Shown piece after piece: positions 27,269-32,911 of a stretch of DNA of 32,911 nt. Position 1 is the stretch's first letter. Each line of letters opens with the position of its first letter. The stretch is from positions 1 to 32,911 of IMG/VR virus record IMGVR_UViG_3300027367_000005. One strand, given 5' to 3'. Below the pieces are notes generated by a model, which saw only the letters and a list, made by a program, of their open reading frames with translations, was not told where the DNA came from and made no database searches. A program made the position numbers and the translations under genes. The stretch comes from a virus. Lineage: Duplodnaviria; Caudoviricetes.

Positions 27269-30200
27269 ATGGCTATAAAACAAGTACAATTAAGATCGAT
27301 TAGTTACGCGACCTTGGCGAATGCTCAGGCTGCGATTCAAACTACCCTTCCTGCCAATTACAATGGCCCGTATCAAACTATATATTACAATAATAGTTCA
27401 GCCGGAGTTGCTCCTCAGAATCAGCCGGGTGCAACAACACAGGTGTTTGAGGATGCTACTGCGAATACTACTCCATTTGATGGACAAGGTGAGCATTGGA
27501 TATTTGATGCAGCTAATGACCAGACGCACGGGTACCCAACAGTTTATGTTTTACAGATAGGTAATGGTGCTGTAAATGTAGCAAATCTCGGGATGCCAAC
27601 CCTTGCTTGTGGTGATGTAAACCTTAATATTCCAGGCGGTGTAGATGGTGACCTCGTAGCAGGTACTGTAGACAGTGGATTTACTATTGCTTCTTACAAT
27701 CCAACAAATTATGCAACCGGAACCGATACTTACAGTGCAAATGTTAATATACCTCCAGGGTATAATAATTCTGATGATGGAACACTTAATTGTGTAATTC
27801 AAGGCGTTACAATTACTACAACACAGGCTCCAACAACGTATGATTGTAGCGTAGCAGGCCCGACAATTGCTAATGGTAATGCTGGAGATACAATTTTACC
27901 AGCTGCAGTTACCTGGTTAGTGGCTCCTGCTAATTCCGACTATATAATAACTCCAAGTGTATATACTTACAATGATGATGGTGATGGAACTACAACTTAT
28001 CAAATTTCTGAAATATCACCACCTAGTGGTTATTCAAATTTTGGAGGTGTAGATATTTCTTGTGACTTTAATGGTGATATAGCTGCGACTGCTGCAACAA
28101 CTAATGCGACTGCTGCAACTACTGCTCCAACTAACGCGACTAATGCAACGTTAGGAGCATTTACATGTTCTACAGAGACATTAACAATTGCCAATGGTGT
28201 GATTGGTGAGCAGATTACGGCTGCCGACTTTTCAACTACCGGTACTGCAACTTTTGCTAGTATTATTCCAACTACATACCAAGCGGGTACTACGAGTTAC
28301 ACACTAACTGTTGATATACCTGCAGCCTATCTTAATTCTGGTACACTTGATTGTACTATTTCAGCGACCGGTGGTTTAGCTACTGCAAGTATTTCAATGT
28401 CCGATACTAGTGCTATTACGATAGCACCGCTCGGAACACCATACCAGGCAAAACAGGTTACTATCACTGGAGCTACAAATAACTTTGATGTTGATAATCA
28501 TATTCTATATGACTCTTCAGCAGGATGGCTCACAGCAAGTACTAACTCTTTTGGTATTGATGGTGGACAATTAAGGTTCCAAGCAACTGAAAATAATACA
28601 GGATCGTCAAGAGAGGTCGACGTGACACTTCGACACCCTGATAATCCTAATGTAACTGCAACAACTTTTAAAATAACACAAACTTCAGGTAATACAGCAC
28701 CGACAGGTGATGATATAACTAAGAGTCAAGTCTGGTCAGCAAGCCCTAGTAATGTTAATATTAATTTTCTAGACTTTGCTAGCACTGCATGGTCTGGCCT
28801 GTCTGTCACTGACGCGGATGGTGATGACTTAAGTGTAATAATTACTGATATTAGTGGATTAACACTTGAAGGCAACGTGTCTGTATTAATAGATAATTCA
28901 AGTGGTACTCCTTCAAATATTAGCACAGTTCCGCACACCTTAGCAGGAGGTCCTAGTACTTTATCTGCTCAGATACAACTTAATGCTGCAGTTGGTTCAG
29001 CGGGTCAACAGACTATTAGTTTTGAATATAAAGTAAATGATGGGAATGATGATTCTCCTACATATACTGCTAGTTTAACAATAACAGCGCCTTTAAATTC
29101 AGAGCCAACAGCTAATGATATTACTGGAAGTATTTCTGCAGCTCAACAGAACGACACAGCACCTGGTATTAACATAAGTCAATTTGTTTCAGATACTAAT
29201 ACCGGAGATGATGATTTAACCTACTATTGGTCAAACGCAGGTGGAACTAGCGATACTCTATTTGTTGTAGATCAAGTTAAATCAGGGACACATGGTGAAT
29301 TCGTATATGGTAGTAATGGTATATTAACTTATACATATACTGGTAATACAATGTCCCCAGGGGACAATACTAAAACAGACACATTCTGGTATAAAGCAGA
29401 AGATGATGATAACCCAGCATTAAGATCCGGATCAAAGTCGATTACTATTACAATAACAGCTGCGTTAAATACTGATCCTGTTATTTCGTTTAATGGCTCA
29501 ACAGGCCAAACTGAAGTAGAAAAGCAGCTATCTCAATATGATACAATATCATCTTCATCTGATAATATTACAGCATCTGATGCTGAAACTACAAATTTAA
29601 CATGGACTGCGGAGTGGGTAAGTGCGACTAACGCGGCTTCACAGCAGGGTACACTTAATATAAATCCGAATACTGGTGTATGGACATATAACTCAGATCA
29701 ATGGGATATATCTCCCGGTCAGCTTGTCCAAGAAGTATTTACCATTAAGGTAGAAGATGCAAATAGTGGATTCGATACTTATACATTAAAACTTAATGTC
29801 ACTGGAGTACTTTATATTAGTGGCATAACAGTATCTAGCCCTCTTTGGAGGAATACTGCGTCAGCAGCATGTGATGATAACCGAAATGTTAATGCTTACT
29901 TAAAAGCATCAGCTGTTACAAATATTACAAGTTTAAATGCGGGTGATTCGCTATATAGCGATACAACATTAGATGACAATGAGGTCATTAAAAACATAGA
30001 CCCAGTTACAGCGGATTCTAACCCTTGGGTTTCAATTCAGCAAGATATTGCTGGTGAGGTAGTAATTAGAGCGGTTAAAATAGCCGCTAATGGTAGTATT
30101 ATACAAGTTGTTGATTGTGAAACTAGTTTAGACAATGCGTGGCCAATTGACATTAACTTCTCTGGTGATCTTGATGAGATATGTGCCGAAGAATTAGAAT

Positions 30201-32911
30201 ACACGGTTAGTCAGACTGCTGTTTATCAAAACGTAATTGGTCCAACAGGATCGGGGACTTCAGTAGAAATGGATGAACCAACTCTTGCTGATGTAATAGC
30301 TGCAGGAGGTCAATTATTTACTAGTCAATATTATGCTAATCAGCCTGAATATAGAAATAACCCGGCAGATGTTACAAATACTTATGCTCCGGCATCTTTA
30401 TGTGTATCACCAGGCTTCTATAATGATGGTACTAGAAAAAATGGTAATGGTCAATTCATATACTATAAGTTTACAACAAATGCTGCAGGACAAGGAGTAT
30501 GGGCAGATAATCTAACAGACCCTGATAACCCTGTAAAGCTATTTTTATGCCCAGAACCGATAGAGTATGTAACATTTAATTTTAAGGCTTATTATAGCCA
30601 AGATAATAGATTAGCGGTAGATGCAGCATGTCTTGCTGGAGAAGATGGACTTACTTTAGTTAACTTATGGACTAGAATAGATGCTCGTTATGATGATATG
30701 GTGGGCGGTGCTTATTATGTCGATCTTTCAACACACCAAAAAGCCCTAGAGTATGTAGTTCAAAATCAAATATTAATATACACTACTGAGGCAACTGCCA
30801 GTGAAGTTAACTACGATGGACTATGGGACAATACTACCTTTGTTGCGGTTGATGAAACAAATGGTGCAATAAGTGATCCAGAGGCTGGATATACACCTAG
30901 TCTTAGATTTGCAATATGGGATAATGAAAACGATAGTGGTTACTTAAGTACAGAAAATGCTTCATATACATATTCATGGCTTGGAATTAATCCAGTCACT
31001 GATACATTAGGATATGCGAATAGCGATTCAATATTAGGTGATTGTAATACACAGTTTGTTAAGCCTAGTGGTAATTCAACTTATTGCCTTGGGCTAGCAG
31101 GAGATCAATGTGAAATCTCTGATGCTGATAAACTTTTAGAATCTAGAATAAACGTGTTTTATGCTTTTTATGCATGTGCTGCTAAAGTAGAAGCAGGAAA
31201 ACCATATTATAGTTTATATCTAACAGATGGATTACATACATTTGCTTCAAACTCATCATCATATATTAAAAAACTAATAGATGTTATAGAGCCAAGCAAA
31301 CACAATGGTACGGCAATAAACATTGGAGGTGATAGCATGCTAGAGTGTGTTACTCTTCAACATAAAATATTTGCAGTTAATTACGATGATGCTGTTAATA
31401 TCTTAATAGACAAACCAGAGTATGGTGATGATATTAGGGTTATTGAAATAAATCCAGTTGAATTAGGGTTTACAAGCGGAGCGGTAATAGAGTATAGAGA
31501 AGATTGCGCGAGCTGTTTATTAGATACACAAAACTTTACAGAATTTATTTTAGATGGAATTGACAATGCAGATATTATTAATAGATCTATTCCTAATTTT
31601 GATTTAGAAAAGAATTATGAATTAGATAATATATCTAAGCCTTTATTAAGAACAAACCCAAAACTATCTACAAATGCTAAATTAGTAGTTAATAGTCTTG
31701 ACAATATGTATATTGAGTCTATTGATGCTAGTAAAGAGTTAGCAGCTGTTGAGTATAAAAAATGGGTTGTTAATAAAGATGGCAAATGGTCTTATGATTT
31801 AGCTAAGTTTTTTAATGCTAATAAAACACCATCCGATTTAATATACAATGTTAAATCTAGATTCTCAGAACTTACAGTTCAAGAGTCTTTTGAAAAACAA
31901 ATTGAAGAAGATTACCATTACGGAACTACATATAATTATTCTAAATTACACGATGAAGATTTTAGAATGTTAGCTCCTATTTGGCTAGATAAAAATATAC
32001 CTAGTAATTTTGTAATATTTAGAGTTAGTGATCCAGCTGCTATTTTAGATTTTGATAATCAAAGTAGCTTTAATAACATGGACGAGATTCTAAAAAATAG
32101 TGAATTAATAAAAACATTTGATTTAACTAGAGAATCTAACGCTGGTACTTATATTAGAAACCACGTTAAGTCTGAGTTATTTCCAAGTAACCCTATTAAT
32201 GTAAACTTTAGTGAAAACGAAAGATCAAACTTTAATGGTATTGATTTAATGCAAGGTGGTTTTACAAACAAGGGTGAATACTTGTTTGACGATTTTGTAA
32301 AACAAGATCAAACTATTATTAATGAAAATGATTTAATTACTGGTGGTTTTGAAAGAAACAAATTAGCATGTGCGAACCTTATTAACTTAGAGTTCTTATT
32401 TAATGATGATGACACAGAAGACTATGCTGTAAATAGATATTTCGGATTATATGTAAATGATGTTGATTCAGGATATGGGTCTTTAGAGTCTGCTAATAAT
32501 GGATTACTTAAGTTTAAAACTTTAAATTCATATATTAACGAAGACTCTGTATCAGCAATACCTCCTGTTGGATTGATGCAATCTACTCCGACGTTAGGAT
32601 ACGCACATATTTCTAATAACTTCTATAAGATTTCTCCTTCATTCTATGATACTTCAAAATTAGAAGTACAAGTTGAAGATTCTTCTAATATGATACCTGC
32701 TGAAATTAAGCTGGCAAATGTTGGTAGATCTGTTGATACAACTAAACATGCAGCTGCTGGTAGTGATTTTATTAAACTTACAATTAATGGAGCTCCTGCT
32801 AATAACGATAGAATAGCAATATTCCCTTCTAAAGAACAAGATTATAGAATTAACTTTACAAGATTTACTCCTGGAGATACATTCGTATTAGGACTTACTC
32901 TTGTAGAAACA
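27269..32911 (+). CDS. giant adhesin/fibre-like virion protein, more than 1881 aa, 3' end outside the window (absent from the ORF track)
   Basis: Translated by hand from ATG 27269 (MAIKQVQLRSISY...) with no in-frame stop to the last base; Cys-bounded repeats, BACON-like domain, three cadherin/VCBS-like repeats, further Cys modules, then LLRTNPKLSTNAKLVV at about 31640. Confidence 0.93.
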   Translation, partial: MAIKQVQLRSISYATLANAQAAIQTTLPANYNGPYQTIYYNNSSAGVAPQNQPGATTQVFEDATANTTPFDGQGEHWIFDAANDQTHGYPTVYVLQIGNGAVNVANLGMPTLACGDVNLNIPGGVDGDLVAGTVDSGFTIASYNPTNYATGTDTYSANVNIPPGYNNSDDGTLNCVIQGVTITTTQAPTTYDCSVAGPTIANGNAGDTILPAAVTWLVAPANSDYIITPSVYTYNDDGDGTTTYQISEISPPSGYSNFGGVDISCDFNGDIAATAATTNATAATTAPTNATNATLGAFTCSTETLTIANGVIGEQITAADFSTTGTATFASIIPTTYQAGTTSYTLTVDIPAAYLNSGTLDCTISATGGLATASISMSDTSAITIAPLGTPYQAKQVTITGATNNFDVDNHILYDSSAGWLTASTNSFGIDGGQLRFQATENNTGSSREVDVTLRHPDNPNVTATTFKITQTSGNTAPTGDDITKSQVWSASPSNVNINFLDFASTAWSGLSVTDADGDDLSVIITDISGLTLEGNVSVLIDNSSGTPSNISTVPHTLAGGPSTLSAQIQLNAAVGSAGQQTISFEYKVNDGNDDSPTYTASLTITAPLNSEPTANDITGSISAAQQNDTAPGINISQFVSDTNTGDDDLTYYWSNAGGTSDTLFVVDQVKSGTHGEFVYGSNGILTYTYTGNTMSPGDNTKTDTFWYKAEDDDNPALRSGSKSITITITAALNTDPVISFNGSTGQTEVEKQLSQYDTISSSSDNITASDAETTNLTWTAEWVSATNAASQQGTLNINPNTGVWTYNSDQWDISPGQLVQEVFTIKVEDANSGFDTYTLKLNVTGVLYISGITVSSPLWRNTASAACDDNRNVNAYLKASAVTNITSLNAGDSLYSDTTLDDNEVIKNIDPVTADSNPWVSIQQDIAGEVVIRAVKIAANGSIIQVVDCETSLDNAWPIDINFSGDLDEICAEELEYTVSQTAVYQNVIGPTGSGTSVEMDEPTLADVIAAGGQLFTSQYYANQPEYRNNPADVTNTYAPASLCVSPGFYNDGTRKNGNGQFIYYKFTTNAAGQGVWADNLTDPDNPVKLFLCPEPIEYVTFNFKAYYSQDNRLAVDAACLAGEDGLTLVNLWTRIDARYDDMVGGAYYVDLSTHQKALEYVVQNQILIYTTEATASEVNYDGLWDNTTFVAVDETNGAISDPEAGYTPSLRFAIWDNENDSGYLSTENASYTYSWLGINPVTDTLGYANSDSILGDCNTQFVKPSGNSTYCLGLAGDQCEISDADKLLESRINVFYAFYACAAKVEAGKPYYSLYLTDGLHTFASNSSSYIKKLIDVIEPSKHNGTAINIGGDSMLECVTLQHKIFAVNYDDAVNILIDKPEYGDDIRVIEINPVELGFTSGAVIEYREDCASCLLDTQNFTEFILDGIDNADIINRSIPNFDLEKNYELDNISKPLLRTNPKLSTNAKLVVNSLDNMYIESIDASKELAAVEYKKWVVNKDGKWSYDLAKFFNANKTPSDLIYNVKSRFSELTVQESFEKQIEEDYHYGTTYNYSKLHDEDFRMLAPIWLDKNIPSNFVIFRVSDPAAILDFDNQSSFNNMDEILKNSELIKTFDLTRESNAGTYIRNHVKSELFPSNPINVNFSENERSNFNGIDLMQGGFTNKGEYLFDDFVKQDQTIINENDLITGGFERNKLACANLINLEFLFNDDDTEDYAVNRYFGLYVNDVDSGYGSLESANNGLLKFKTLNSYINEDSVSAIPPVGLMQSTPTLGYAHISNNFYKISPSFYDTSKLEVQVEDSSNMIPAEIKLANVGRSVDTTKHAAAGSDFIKLTINGAPANNDRIAIFPSKEQDYRINFTRFTPGDTFVLGLTLVET
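28082..28150 (+). repeat. Ala/Thr/Asn low-complexity linker (AATAATTNATAATTAPTNATNAT) built on an imperfect 21-nt duplication
   Basis: GCGACTGCTGCAACAACTAAT (28085-28105) and GCGACTGCTGCAACTACTGCT (28106-28126). Confidence 0.85.

Larger units (their letters stand above)
1..32911. mobile_element. Segment of a large T4-like (myovirus, probably jumbo) phage genome: neck/baseplate/fibre cluster; probable Bacteroidota host
   Basis: Colinear gp53-, hub-, gp5-, gp13-, gp25-, gp6- and gp7-like genes with minimal spacers. A neck gene argues against an eCIS/T6SS. A-rich SD-less starts, a Bacteroidota-like S1 N-terminus and a BACON-like domain point to the host. Confidence 0.9.

Noticed and set aside
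5100-28150. CRISPR array or DGR template/variable repeat pair
   Set aside because: The repeats seen are in-frame coding duplications without spacers; I saw no reverse transcriptase and no adenine-specific mismatch pair
5211-30515. Short + strand ORFs 5211..5420, 11777..11959, 27321..27560 and 30333..30515
   Set aside because: Out-of-frame or antisense overlaps within better supported genes, including the giant ORF
1141-31566. Short minus-strand ORFs (1141, 2071, 2343, 3331, 4149, 5425, 9446, 10342, 12622, 12832, 15930, 18259, 20993, 22495, 26741, 27551, 28726, 31381)
   Set aside because: All are antisense shadows of long + strand genes, with no recognisable motifs
1-32911. Stop-codon reassignment as in Lak or some crAss-like phages
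   Set aside because: Coding density is near complete under the standard code, multi-kb ORFs have no in-frame TAG/TGA, and TAG (1185) and TGA (1519) end genes next to downstream starts

Overview
AT-rich, densely coding segment of a large (probably jumbo) T4-like myophage, most likely infecting a Bacteroidota host. Most genes form a + strand late structural cluster: gp48-like and gp54-like tube-fold proteins, a LysM/gp53-like wedge protein, a hub, a gp5-OB spike without lysozyme, a gp13-like neck, gp25/gp6/gp7-like wedge proteins and several large virion proteins. The window ends in a >1881-codon adhesin-like ORF (27269 to beyond the window end) that the ORF track misses. Three non-structural elements interrupt the cluster: an inverted two-gene cassette with a Bacteroidota-type promoter, a four-domain Bacteroidota-type ribosomal protein S1, and a putative amidoligase fused to a beta-helix. 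The S1-amidoligase spacer folds into a GAAA-capped hairpin that contains a candidate late promoter and ends 6 nt before the amidoligase start codon, resembling T4 late translational gating. A recurrent RATANATA motif marks candidate late promoters. The code is standard, and I saw no tRNA, rRNA or CRISPR array. All family assignments come from recognising motifs by eye, not from database searches.
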